Of a stretch of DNA of 64,000 bases, positions 9,018-19,301 are shown piece by piece. Positions within the stretch are counted from its first letter, which is position 1. Every line of letters starts with the position of its first letter. The DNA comes from an uncultured Elusimicrobia bacterium (GTDB lineage Bacteria > Elusimicrobiota > Elusimicrobia > 2-01-FULL-59-12), in assembly GCA_963702895.1 (NCBI GenBank), contig OY969767.1, forward strand, positions 288,001-352,000, read 5' to 3'. The notes under the pieces were generated by a model. The model saw only the letters and a program-made list of their open reading frames with translations, did not search any database and was not told the origin of the DNA. The position numbers and the translations under genes were made by a program.

Positions 9018-10313
9018 CTAAGCGGCGCTGGGAGTGGATTCGAGACATATCAAATCCTTTGCTTTTTTGAAGGCATCCAGCGCTTGGAGGATGTCATCGC
9101 ACGTATGTGTGGCCATGACGCTCACCCGTATCCGTGCCATCCCCTTCTTGACTGCAGGAAAAGCAACGGGGCTCACGTAGATGCCGTAAAGATGCAGCGC
9201 CCTCGTCAATTGATAAGCCTTGAGTTCGTCGCCCACGATCACGGGGATAATGGGTGTTTCACTCTCCCCTGTATCGAACCCCATGCTCTGGAGACCTTGG
9301 CGTAATAAATGGGTGTTTTCCCATAACCGGATAAGCCACTCCGGTTCCGACTCAATCACATCCATCGCCGTAATCAAGGAGGCGCAGGTTGCGGGCGGCA
9401 GAGCGGCGCTAAAAACGAAACCACGCGCCGTGTGTTTGAGAAACGTGATGAGATCTTTGGGTCCCGCCGCAAAGCCTCCAAGTCCGCCCAGTCCTTTACT
9501 CAGAGTCCCCATGACAATATCGATCTGGCCGTGGAGGCCAAAATGTTCCGGTGTCCCGCGACCCCTTGCTCCCAGGACACCGGTGGAATGAGCCTCATCA
9601 ATCATGACGAGCGACTTGTATTTTCTCGCCAAGCGATAAATCTCCGGCAGGTTGCAGATATCCCCATCCATGCTGTAGACCCCATCCACAATGATGATCA
9701 GGTTGCCTTGGCCTGAGGCCTCACGCAGTTTCGTTTCTAAATCGGCCATGTCATTGTGGTTAAAGACACGAAAGGGCATTTTCGAAAACCGTAGCCCGTC
9801 CAGAAGGCTCGCATGAATACGCTCGTCAATGACAGCAATGTCCGTTGTCCGGTTTAAGAAAGTGGAGACCGTCGCTAGGTTGGAAACATACCCAGAGCTA
9901 TAAGCGATAGCGGCTTCTGTGCCTTTAAATTGGGCCAGGCGGGCTTCCAATTCTTCATGGATCCCAAAGGTGCCTCCCAGGAGTCGGACGGACCCGGCGC
10001 CGACGCCGAATTTTTCGATGGCTTTTATGGCGGCAGCTTTGACACGGGGGTGGTTGGTTAGACCTAAATAGTTATTCGAGCCGAACATCAGCATCTTCTG
10101 ACTGTTTACGAAAATATGCGCATCGGAGGAAGACTCCAGCTTCCGCATATAGAAGTAAAGACCTTCGGCCTTGAGACTGTCGGGGATACTGTTATAGGCG
10201 TGAACCTTATCATAAATAGGATACTGGATTGGATTCAGTGGTGGAAAGTCGGCAGGATGAATGACCTCCAGAGGTCTTTGCAGATCTGTAAGGGGCAACG
10301 TCTGTGCGTTCAA
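9018..10313 (-). CDS. PLP-dependent alpha-oxoamine synthase (SPT/BioF/Kbl family)
   Basis: FGSNNYLGL, HASLLDG, HND, DGVYSMDGD, DEAH, GTLSK (PLP lysine). TTG start with GGGAGG RBS. Confidence 0.92.
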   Translation of the reverse strand: MNAQTLPLTDLQRPLEVIHPADFPPLNPIQYPIYDKVHAYNSIPDSLKAEGLYFYMRKLESSSDAHIFVNSQKMLMFGSNNYLGLTNHPRVKAAAIKAIEKFGVGAGSVRLLGGTFGIHEELEARLAQFKGTEAAIAYSSGYVSNLATVSTFLNRTTDIAVIDERIHASLLDGLRFSKMPFRVFNHNDMADLETKLREASGQGNLIIIVDGVYSMDGDICNLPEIYRLARKYKSLVMIDEAHSTGVLGARGRGTPEHFGLHGQIDIVMGTLSKGLGGLGGFAAGPKDLITFLKHTARGFVFSAALPPATCASLITAMDVIESEPEWLIRLWENTHLLRQGLQSMGFDTGESETPIIPVIVGDELKAYQLTRALHLYGIYVSPVAFPAVKKGMARIRVSVMATHTCDDILQALDAFKKAKDLICLESTPSAA

Positions 10314-10393
10314 ATGGGTCCTCCCGTTATGTAAGTGCCCTCCCTTTCACATTGATTTTAAAAGGTGAACTGAAAATAACCCATAACAGACAA

Positions 10394-10421
10394 GTAAAAC
10401 CTGGATGACGACGGGGTGACG
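10394..10421 (-). promoter_or_regulatory. PHO-box-like direct repeat upstream of alpha-oxoamine synthase
   Basis: CGTCAC-N5-CGTCAT-CCAGG-TTTTAC, nearly identical to 8988-9015. Confidence 0.7.
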
Positions 10422-10450
10422 CTGCGGGGAAAGGCTTGTGCCCTCTCGTA

Positions 10451-13400
10451 CTAGGCGCTGGCCAGGAGCCCACGCCGAAGCGGTCTAATGTGTTGCTGAT
10501 CAGGCCCGGAAGGAGGGGGAAAAGACGGGGCGCTCGCTCCCAGACCGCCGCTGGGAGGTGGCTCCCGCAAACCGGATTCACCGGCGGGGCTTCTTGGGTG
10601 CAGAGTAAAGAGATCTTTCAGACTGAAACGACCGTCTAGAATGTGATCGGGATCGATCGTTGGGGGGGTGGCCCCTTCGCCCTCCGTATAGGATCCCGTG
10701 CGGATCCCGATGTCGCCCAAAAAATAATCAAGGTTAACCATTTCCCGTTTAAGGCGCTCGAGTTCATAGAACTTTCGCGACAGATCATTTTGGGAGGCTT
10801 TGATCCGGTTAAGTTCCTCTCTTTTCGCCTCCAGGTCCGATTCCAACCGTTTGAGGGGCAGCCCCCGGCGCAGGAGCTTCCAAAGACGGCCGAGAAGCCA
10901 GGGACCCTCGGGGGGCGCTGTCACAAAGTCCAACCCCGTCCTTGTCAGTTCCCGCCATCCGTTCCCGAGCTCCTGCTCCAGCGCGCGGCGGCGCTGCATC
11001 AAAGGCTGAAATTCCTCACCCAGGGCTTGCTGCTTGGCCTTGATAAGGGCTTCCACCGGCGGCTGGCTCAATTCACGGATCCCCACAAGGGCCGCCATGG
11101 GATTGAGGAATTCGCTGGGGACATGCACCCGCGTCCCGGCGGCCTGCCGAAGAAAAAGCCAATCCCCAGGGGTGGCCGAGGAGACGATGAAGGCGTCTCG
11201 ATCGCGCATGATTTTGGAATGGGGATTCATATCCTCCAGAGCCATAAAACGGACTCGATGGGCAAACCTCCTTGGAAGACGCCCCGGGATATTGTCTTTC
11301 AAGAAGGAGAAAAACTTTGGATGGGTTTTGCCCGCATCCACCATGATCACGCGGCCGCGCGTCAATTGCAGCCAGAACCCGATTTCCCGGGTAGCCTGCC
11401 GGAAATTGACGGTGTTTTCACAGGTCAGATACACATCGCGGTCGCCGAGAATCGGTTCCCCCGGGAACCAGCTGATCAACTCCGAAAGCAAGTCATACCC
11501 TTTCTCATAGGCCATCTTCAGCTGCAGAACGCTGGTGGTTGGCTGTCCCTGCTCATTCCGGTTATATCGATCCCTTAAGGTCACCTCCGGCGTATGAGGT
11601 CTCCACTCCCGAAGGTCTTTCAGCAAGGCGGCAGAAGCCTCGACCCACTCCTTGGTCCCGCGCAGGGTCAAGGCATAGCCGACGGTCCTGACAATATTGT
11701 GATCACCGGCCAACGCCTCAGGGTTTTTTTTGTTTCCCGTCTTGACATCTGTTGTGCTGAGTAAATCGGGGAGCTTTTCGAGGAACTCCGTCCAGGTCGC
11801 CTGTTCATAAGGACCGACCGCGAGTTCCCAGTACCGGATGATTTGCTTACGCCAGAAAGGATCGTGCAATCCTTCAAAGACATAATGCAAGAGATCGAAA
11901 ACCTCGCCCGCCCTTTCCTGCGCGCGGAATCCACCGAAAGCGTCCGGGTCCAAGCTGGGAAGCCGTTCCTGCAGCGCATCGAGGGCCTGCCGAACAAGGC
12001 CCGCGTTCTCCATTCCATTGATGTTCGCGATCATTTCCGCGTTGCCGGAACGCAGAAGTGCGATCAAGGTATGGGAAGGAAAGTCCAGCATAAGGGATTT
12101 GGCTTCTTCCGCCCTGGCCCATTCCAGGTGCTCATACCGCTGCTCCTTGGTCAGGGCCTCTACGTCAATATTCTTTTTCTCGCGGAGCATTTTGAAATGC
12201 TCTTCGTCTGCCGCGAGGGGCCTCGGCGTGCTGGGATAAATGGGAAAGTGGAGTGACCGGCTTCGGCGAAGTTGAACGCGAAAGGCGTTAAGGAACGTTC
12301 GCGTCTTATCGGATAACGGATAAACCCCGTTGGGGGCCGCTTTCGCCGCGTCCGCGTCGGCGGCGACCAGTTGGCGGTGAGCGGCGTCTGCAATCTGACG
12401 GGCAAAACCGAAATAGGCTTCCATAAACGGCTCGTACTCCAGCTTGTTGTTAGGATAAAGCACGGTTGATTCATAAATTCTTTTGAGCTCGGCCATCGCG
12501 TTTCGTCCTGTTTGGGCTTCAAACAGATTCTTGCTGTTGCCTCCCAAAAGAGTTTGCAGGAAAAACCGATGATAAAGATTCCACCAGGTCGTGGCGATCA
12601 GTTTGCCCCAACCTTCCGCGATGGCGATGACCAGCCACCCCGCGATCAGAAACCCGAAAGCGAACGCGGCGGCGCCGGCCAGCGGGTTGCTGAGGAAAGG
12701 CGCCATCATCGGGTGCGTCAAGAAAACGCGGAGCGCCTCCTCGCGCGTATCCGCAGGAGAACGCAGCCACAAGCCCACCATACCGCCGAGGATGACCAGG
12801 ACCCAGAAAAAGGTGCGCGTCTTGGACCCCGCCGCCGCTTCCTGGGTCGGCATCTGGTAATGCTCGTCCAGAAGGAAGGCTTGCCATCGGCTCACGCCGT
12901 TTCGCTGGAAGCGCCGGTAAAGTCTCATTCTTTCAGTCAATTTGATCTTTTTCTTCCAGAGAGAAGTCATTTTCTGTACGGGGGTGAGATAGGACCGTTG
13001 CTGGCCCTGATGCCAATAGACCTCGTATTCCAAGGTGGTGGTCTTGAGAGCACGCGCGAACTGCTCCAATTGATTCGCACTCTGCCGGGTGGACGGTGCG
13101 GGCTGCGAAACGACTGCCAGCCCCGAGGGCTGAGGCACCTCCTCGAGATCGCTCGGAAGCGGCATCTGGAACGTTCCCGAGACTGAGCCATCCCCGGCGG
13201 GCAGGGGGGACGAGTAGTCTGCCTTTCGGAAAATGGCGCTCGCCGCCAGTCCCGAAACCGCCAATGCGACGAACGGGGCGCTGGGATAAATCAATAAGAC
13301 AAAGAGAAATGGAATGCTCAGGCGCAGCACCCAGTCGCTGAAGAGTGGACCGGCCCGCCGAACCTCCGGATTGATCAGGATGCGCCATTGGTTCGACCGA

Positions 13401-16400
13401 CGTTCCCACCAGGTGATCCCTCGCTGGCCGGAACGAATGCTCAGCCACGGAACAGCCCATCGCCCCTGTCGCCACGCCGTCAGTCCGTGTCCCAGTTCAT
13501 GAACCCCTACGCTTAAGGCGTAGCCTGCGGCCAAAGACCCGGCGTGCCACCCCCCGCCGGCGGCATAGCTGGCCAGGGACAACCCCAGTGTGACCGCGGC
13601 GGCCACCGTCAACCGGCCTCCCTTGAGCTGCGATCCGGCGAGAAGACCTTCGGAGGGAGTCGGCGCTCCGATCAGGCGTCCGATCAGACGATAGAGAGAC
13701 GATCGGGCGCCCGAACGGCCGAGGTCGATCCGCACCAGCGAACGCGTCATCGGCAGACCCGGTGGAAACAGCTTTTGCGCCTCGGCCAGAGGCAGGGTCC
13801 GTTCCGCCTGAAATTCATAGAGATCGTAGAGCCGATCCAGGCTCTTGCTGCCCACAATCTCGAAATCCACCGGTACCGGGAGCGCCGCGGACCGCACGCC
13901 GACTTTATCTTTGAGGGATAGGTTCTGAGCCTGTGCGTAAAAGGAAACGCGCACGCGGACGTTGGGCCCGAGCGGAACGAGCGCGTCTTCACCCGGGTAA
14001 TTCGGATGCCGCCGGGCAAGGGGGTAATGGTTGTAGCGGAACGACTCAGCGGGCTGCACCCGGCTTCCCTTCGCCGATCCTCCCGATTGCTCGACGTTTT
14101 GGATGCTGCGCGAAAGTTCCGCTTTCCGGGTTTCCAGCCGTCCCAGCTGCGCGTTCAATCTTTCCAGGAATTCCACCCCCCATTCACTCTGCGGATAGGC
14201 TTGCCGGTGCTGCTCCACGCTGGCCTTGAGCGTCCGCAGGCTCACTTCCAAGCGGGCGGTCGCTTCATACTGCTCCTGGAGGGGCCGGAGAAGGGCGGAA
14301 TACGGCGGGTGCGTAGGGTTTCCCGGAAGGATCGTGGCATAGCCGAGGGTCACATTTTGCGGGGTTTCGATCAGGCGGTTACCCTTGTCGTCGTGGAGAC
14401 CCCTGAATTGATAGGCCCCGGATCCCAAATCATCGTTGGGAACCCGAACAATCAGCTCGACGGACAGGATGGCATCTCGTCCCATGGCGGGGTTCGTCAG
14501 CTCGGGCCCACTGTAGTTTTCCCGTCTCGTTTCCTGCACGAAATTGGGGTCACCCGGCCGCACGAATTCGACGATATCCTTCAACGGGATAGGAAGTTCA
14601 TTTTGATCAGGTCCCACAATATGCAGAAAGGTCGTTTCCTTGGATCGCTGCCAGGCCTGCTCCAAGGCGAACGCGTCCAGGGGGGTCAGCCTCAACTGCA
14701 GATGCCGATGATTGGGGAATTCTTGAGTAAACAAAGCGACGGGGACGCCGGCTTTCAGGTCGGTCCCCTCCGTGAGGACTCCCGCTTCCAGAAGAATATG
14801 GATTGTTGAAACGGCCCCCTTCCCGCCAACCTTTTGATTCGCGTCCAAAAGCTCGGGATTGAACGGGATGTTGCGCTGCTCCCGTTTCAGGAGCAAAGCG
14901 TTCAAATGCAGGCCGCGCTCGCGAAGGGTGTGCCGCAGACTCTGTTCCTCGAAGGATTCCGCCGGTTGCCCGGTCTCGGCCGCCGTCTGGGCGGACAGGG
15001 CCCTGGCATTAAGATAGCGTTCGTGGAGGCCTTCGATTTCGTTCAGGACGAGGTGGATCGCGTGATCCACGGACGACTCCGGATTGGCGCGAACACGGAT
15101 GAGAGCGTCCGCGTGCGGATCGGCCGCGGAGCGAAGGCGCCCCGAGGCCACGACGTCGGTTCCGTCCAGATCACGCAAGTTCCGGCTGACTTGTTCCAAA
15201 CGACGGTGAAGCGAAGCGTCCAACGGGTCGTAGGCGACAAACAGACGCGGCCCGCCCTTCTGGAAAGTTTCGGAACGGTGGAGCTTGACCTGTGTGACGA
15301 CGCCCGCTTCCGGGGGCGCCCAGGTCACAGGAATTCGCACCGGCTGGACACCGACTCCGTTATTCACGGACGCCATCTGTCGCAAAGTCTGTGGTTCGGC
15401 GCGACCAGGCGGCTCCGGGGAGGTCGCCGCGGCCTCCTGACCCCGAAAGGGGAGCAGGAAGGAGAGCGCGGCAAGTCCCGCGGCGCCCAGGAACCACCGC
15501 CGGTCACGGCTCACGGGGGTCCGGCCGAGGAATTCGATGGATCCCCATAACATGACAAAGAGAGGCACCAGAGACAGCCAAGGCATGGGAGAACACACCC
15601 AACTGACCACGCTGGCGACCCCCAGGCCGTAGAGCCTCCGCCTGTTTCCAACACCCAGGGTCGGAACGAGGCTTATGAAAGAGGCGGCGCCCAACACCAT
15701 AGCCGCGCCTTGAAGCCATCGAGGATGCGCCGCCAGAATTGCCACATAACTCATCCACGGAATAACGTTCAGGGTGCTGCGAATCAGCACAGCAGCTGTT
15801 AGAGGAATGAGAATCCATGGTAAGAGGTTCTTGCCGTTCTTGGAGTTCCCGTTGGGATGGCTTGCAGGCGCTGCTTCACGTGGGATTTTGCCTGATTTCC
15901 AATAATGCCGGATCGCTAAAACCGCCACGACCAGCAAGAAAATCCCGCCGGCCACGAGGGCCATATGCCAGGCGTCCTGGAAGATCCAGCCGCTCATGTG
16001 ATGGATGGCTTCCGTCCAGTTGGAAAAGATCGAGCCGGATCCCGTCGTGTCGAAACCTGCATCCGACGGCTGCGGTTGCATGGAAACAGCCGGAGGCGGA
16101 GAAACATTGCTTACGGGGAGCTGGGTCATGGGAGGCGACACAGAGGGGGCCTCGGCAAACGAGGGGGGCACGCCCGCTTGAGAAACCGGGGTTGCCGCGG
16201 CAGGCTGGGGCACGGCCGCGGGAGCGGACGGTCCGGCAGAGAAGCTGGGATCAAGGCCGCGGGCGATCTCGGGGTCGTAAGACCCCACATGCAGCGCGCC
16301 CGGTTGAATAAGGTCGGGATTCGAAATCCCATTTTCTTGAGTGATGGACGCTACGAGATCGTTGATTTCCCGTCCCGAGAGCGCTTTCCCAGGATGCTGC

Positions 16401-18751
16401 TTCTTGAGAATATCGACCGCGATACCCCACAGCGTATTCGCCGAATGGCCTGTTTGATAGTGGCCCACCGTGACATCGACCGCGACCTTCTGGGCGATGT
16501 CCGCCAGGGGGCCTCCGTTCATGACTTGGCCTGCGACCTTGGCCGCCGCCGCGACGGGGTGAGCGGAAAATGTGTGCGCGGAAGCCGCGGAGGGGAAAAT
16601 CATGCCCAGGACCGTCATCAGGGTCGGGGGCAGAATCCAACGGATGGTGCGTGCGGCAGATTTTTTTACGGGTGTCGGAGCCTGCGGCCCCGGCGGGTTC
16701 ACCGGGTTGGGTGTCGAAGGGGAGGAAGGATCGATCCGCGCGATGACCGCCATGTAATGCTCCGCGAGCGCGGCCTGCAATTCGTCCTGGTACTCCATCG
16801 TATAAAGCTCCATCAATCGGGCCGCGGCGTGAGCCGCTTCGAGATGCCGCATATATTCTTGCCTTAATTGCTGGAGCCTCAGCCAAAGCAGGTCGCGATC
16901 GGCGGCCACCCTCCGGGTATCAGCCTGAACCGCCGCAAGCCATTGCCGTTCCGCCAGTGCGATCCGATTGCGTGTGGCGGCCAGCTGCACCCAGGCATTT
17001 TGCCGTTGCGCTCGGGCTAACAGAAACTCTCCCCGCACCCGGGCTCGCTCCTCTTGGATCTGATCGTCGATCACCCTCTGCCGAAGGGAGGCCTCGACGA
17101 TCCATTCGTCCAGGCTGCGCCGGGTGGACCTGTCGGGCACCTGGACATCGTAATTCAACAAAGACGCAATGAAAGGGAGGCTGCCCAGCGACAGGTGAAC
17201 ACCGGCTCGCCATGTGGGCTCTTTCTTCAACTCCAGAAGCCGTTTGGTAACGACTTCGAGCATTTCCTTCTGCAGCTCCAGCCGTCGCTCCAGCGGGGAC
17301 TTCCCCAGTGGCCTATCGGCGGGTACAGGGGAGAAGATTCGGTCGAGATCGGCCTCCGTCGGGGGGATCCCGTCGGTTTCGGAACCCGTCGTGCCCGGTG
17401 GAAATCCGTCCAAAGCGGGGGGATGGTAGGCCGCCTCGGCCGCCTGGATCGCCTGATGGGAAGGCAAAGTGGACAGATGGGGGACATTGAAGGGAGCACC
17501 TTCCTCTCTCAGAACCCCCGGGACGAGGCCTGATCGCTCCAGCAGGCTGGCGTCCATCCTCCAGGAGACCCTTTCAGGATGGAGCGGGCTGGCGGCCGCC
17601 CCTGCCAGCGCTTGCTCGGAATCCGCCACTGCCCCGAGCCAGCGCACACGGAGCCGCTCCAGAGCGCCGTGCGCGGATGCCAGATCGGCGGCAGATTTTT
17701 CGGCATCCCGTGCCAATTCCAAGAGCCGGGCCGGGCTTCTCCCTTCCTGAGAGACGGATCCCTTTTCGCGATTTTCGACGAATCGGCTGATCCCGGCCTC
17801 GTAGCCCATTTCTCGCAGGCGTTCGGCCTCGATGCGGTAAGCCAGCGCGGACCGCAGGGCGTCCGCATGCGCCTCTTGAACGGTCTGGGCCAGATCGGCA
17901 TAGGCTTTGTAGATCTCAAAAGCTTGCGCATGTTCGCGCAGGTATTCGGCTTCGACCGTGTTCTTGGACACCCACTGCACCCCGGAGAGGATTTTCATGG
18001 CGCCATCGGCCAATCGGCGCCAGAAGCTCCTGCCGCCGCCCTCGTCCTCGGCGGTGCTGCCCAGAATCTGTGTCTGTCTTTTCGGAGACGCCACAGAAAG
18101 ACCGGGGAAAAGGATCGCCTGGCCGATCGTGGATTGCGGCCCGACGAAAGCCACGCCGGGCGCGTGCAGCCGGTCCAGGCCCATCTGGAAGTATTTATCT
18201 TCGCCAAGCTGTATCCCGAGCAAGGCTTGCCACGCCGCGCGATGCTCATAAAACTTTGCGCTCACTCTCGGATTGGCATGGATCACCTGCTGGAGGAGTT
18301 GGGAAAGCTTCCGGGCTTGAGCCATATCCGGAGCGAGATGCCAGGCTCCTTTCCATTGCTCCTCGGTCAGGAGAATGTTTTCCCGATGGATGAACGGCCC
18401 CTCCGGAACGGGCAGGCGAGCGACCGGAGGTCGTTTGGATGGAGCGCTTTGCGGCTCGGCGAAGGGCGCGGCGACAAAGATACTTCCCAGGAGAACCAAC
18501 GTGGCAAGAGTCCTGGAGTTGCGCAGGGAGTCTGGCCGAAACACACTGGCAGCAAGGCGGGAGACCAGTGCCTGACGGTCAAACGCTTGGCTGGCGAAGT
18601 CGAGCTGAGCGGGCGCCCGGCCCTGGCGGAAGTTGACGGCAACGGCTGCCCAGATCGGATCCGTGCTGAGGAGGCAAAACGAGAGCAATAAGGATACTGC
18701 TTTTCGTGAGAGGCAACGGGACTTTGCAACGGTTCTCATCATAGTGAACAT
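10451..18751 (-). CDS. Giant 2766-aa multidomain envelope protein (TolC-like, LysM, TM, adaptor/MFP-like, HExxH TM, unknown C-terminal domain)
   Basis: 8.3-kb uninterrupted ORF with signal-like N-terminus. LysM TLWGIA..NGISNPDLIQPG, VHELGH..AGP, several TM clusters. Other domain calls are by pattern only. Confidence 0.8.
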   Translation of the reverse strand: MFTMMRTVAKSRCLSRKAVSLLLSFCLLSTDPIWAAVAVNFRQGRAPAQLDFASQAFDRQALVSRLAASVFRPDSLRNSRTLATLVLLGSIFVAAPFAEPQSAPSKRPPVARLPVPEGPFIHRENILLTEEQWKGAWHLAPDMAQARKLSQLLQQVIHANPRVSAKFYEHRAAWQALLGIQLGEDKYFQMGLDRLHAPGVAFVGPQSTIGQAILFPGLSVASPKRQTQILGSTAEDEGGGRSFWRRLADGAMKILSGVQWVSKNTVEAEYLREHAQAFEIYKAYADLAQTVQEAHADALRSALAYRIEAERLREMGYEAGISRFVENREKGSVSQEGRSPARLLELARDAEKSAADLASAHGALERLRVRWLGAVADSEQALAGAAASPLHPERVSWRMDASLLERSGLVPGVLREEGAPFNVPHLSTLPSHQAIQAAEAAYHPPALDGFPPGTTGSETDGIPPTEADLDRIFSPVPADRPLGKSPLERRLELQKEMLEVVTKRLLELKKEPTWRAGVHLSLGSLPFIASLLNYDVQVPDRSTRRSLDEWIVEASLRQRVIDDQIQEERARVRGEFLLARAQRQNAWVQLAATRNRIALAERQWLAAVQADTRRVAADRDLLWLRLQQLRQEYMRHLEAAHAAARLMELYTMEYQDELQAALAEHYMAVIARIDPSSPSTPNPVNPPGPQAPTPVKKSAARTIRWILPPTLMTVLGMIFPSAASAHTFSAHPVAAAAKVAGQVMNGGPLADIAQKVAVDVTVGHYQTGHSANTLWGIAVDILKKQHPGKALSGREINDLVASITQENGISNPDLIQPGALHVGSYDPEIARGLDPSFSAGPSAPAAVPQPAAATPVSQAGVPPSFAEAPSVSPPMTQLPVSNVSPPPAVSMQPQPSDAGFDTTGSGSIFSNWTEAIHHMSGWIFQDAWHMALVAGGIFLLVVAVLAIRHYWKSGKIPREAAPASHPNGNSKNGKNLLPWILIPLTAAVLIRSTLNVIPWMSYVAILAAHPRWLQGAAMVLGAASFISLVPTLGVGNRRRLYGLGVASVVSWVCSPMPWLSLVPLFVMLWGSIEFLGRTPVSRDRRWFLGAAGLAALSFLLPFRGQEAAATSPEPPGRAEPQTLRQMASVNNGVGVQPVRIPVTWAPPEAGVVTQVKLHRSETFQKGGPRLFVAYDPLDASLHRRLEQVSRNLRDLDGTDVVASGRLRSAADPHADALIRVRANPESSVDHAIHLVLNEIEGLHERYLNARALSAQTAAETGQPAESFEEQSLRHTLRERGLHLNALLLKREQRNIPFNPELLDANQKVGGKGAVSTIHILLEAGVLTEGTDLKAGVPVALFTQEFPNHRHLQLRLTPLDAFALEQAWQRSKETTFLHIVGPDQNELPIPLKDIVEFVRPGDPNFVQETRRENYSGPELTNPAMGRDAILSVELIVRVPNDDLGSGAYQFRGLHDDKGNRLIETPQNVTLGYATILPGNPTHPPYSALLRPLQEQYEATARLEVSLRTLKASVEQHRQAYPQSEWGVEFLERLNAQLGRLETRKAELSRSIQNVEQSGGSAKGSRVQPAESFRYNHYPLARRHPNYPGEDALVPLGPNVRVRVSFYAQAQNLSLKDKVGVRSAALPVPVDFEIVGSKSLDRLYDLYEFQAERTLPLAEAQKLFPPGLPMTRSLVRIDLGRSGARSSLYRLIGRLIGAPTPSEGLLAGSQLKGGRLTVAAAVTLGLSLASYAAGGGWHAGSLAAGYALSVGVHELGHGLTAWRQGRWAVPWLSIRSGQRGITWWERRSNQWRILINPEVRRAGPLFSDWVLRLSIPFLFVLLIYPSAPFVALAVSGLAASAIFRKADYSSPLPAGDGSVSGTFQMPLPSDLEEVPQPSGLAVVSQPAPSTRQSANQLEQFARALKTTTLEYEVYWHQGQQRSYLTPVQKMTSLWKKKIKLTERMRLYRRFQRNGVSRWQAFLLDEHYQMPTQEAAAGSKTRTFFWVLVILGGMVGLWLRSPADTREEALRVFLTHPMMAPFLSNPLAGAAAFAFGFLIAGWLVIAIAEGWGKLIATTWWNLYHRFFLQTLLGGNSKNLFEAQTGRNAMAELKRIYESTVLYPNNKLEYEPFMEAYFGFARQIADAAHRQLVAADADAAKAAPNGVYPLSDKTRTFLNAFRVQLRRSRSLHFPIYPSTPRPLAADEEHFKMLREKKNIDVEALTKEQRYEHLEWARAEEAKSLMLDFPSHTLIALLRSGNAEMIANINGMENAGLVRQALDALQERLPSLDPDAFGGFRAQERAGEVFDLLHYVFEGLHDPFWRKQIIRYWELAVGPYEQATWTEFLEKLPDLLSTTDVKTGNKKNPEALAGDHNIVRTVGYALTLRGTKEWVEASAALLKDLREWRPHTPEVTLRDRYNRNEQGQPTTSVLQLKMAYEKGYDLLSELISWFPGEPILGDRDVYLTCENTVNFRQATREIGFWLQLTRGRVIMVDAGKTHPKFFSFLKDNIPGRLPRRFAHRVRFMALEDMNPHSKIMRDRDAFIVSSATPGDWLFLRQAAGTRVHVPSEFLNPMAALVGIRELSQPPVEALIKAKQQALGEEFQPLMQRRRALEQELGNGWRELTRTGLDFVTAPPEGPWLLGRLWKLLRRGLPLKRLESDLEAKREELNRIKASQNDLSRKFYELERLKREMVNLDYFLGDIGIRTGSYTEGEGATPPTIDPDHILDGRFSLKDLFTLHPRSPAGESGLREPPPSGGLGASAPSFPPPSGPDQQHIRPLRRGLLASA

Positions 18752-18893
18752 TCGTAACAGCTTGGAGCTCTTGGATCTGGAATGCTATTCAGTTTCATTC
18801 CTCGGATTCTAGCCGAGCATTGGAAAAGGAGGAATGGGTCGAACGTCTAAAAGATTTGGACTGCAAGGCCTTGGAAACCGATAGGTCATTTTG

Positions 18894-19169
18894 TCACGCC
18901 GCTGTCAACTCGCGCGCGGCCTGGTCAGTCTCTTTGGCGCAGACAGGAACACAAGACTGGCTATGGAGTGCGGGTGAAAATAATTTTACGCCGCGGAGTT
19001 CATTGTGCAGCCACAGAAAAGGCGTACGACTCCTTGCCGGGGATCGTCCCCACGCCACGATTTTCCAAGAAAGCTCATCCAGGATGACCTCATCTCCCAG
19101 GCGAATCCTGACCCCTTCCAAATACCACAGTTCGTTAAACTCCAGCAAAGCTAACCTTTGTCTCTTCAT
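18894..19169 (-). CDS. Small hypothetical protein (91 aa) preceding the giant gene
   Basis: GGGGG RBS before ATG, lies between a PHO-like box and the giant gene, ends in AA like its neighbours. Confidence 0.45.
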   Translation of the reverse strand: MKRQRLALLEFNELWYLEGVRIRLGDEVILDELSWKIVAWGRSPARSRTPFLWLHNELRGVKLFSPALHSQSCVPVCAKETDQAARELTAA

Positions 19170-19301
19170 CTTGACCCCCGATTTTTGGATTACTTCCGTC
19201 GTCGTTCGGCTCAGAAACCAGCGAGGACGTTGCTGAAAATAAGCGGAAGCGAAATACGGATGATTCTAGTTGTTCGGCTATGTCCGGCCTATGGCAAGCG
19301 T

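Noticed and set aside
10643..18691. Long plus-strand ORFs opposite the giant gene (e.g. 17579..18691, 10643..11578)
   Set aside because: Antisense shadows typical of high-GC coding DNA, with no recognisable motifs.
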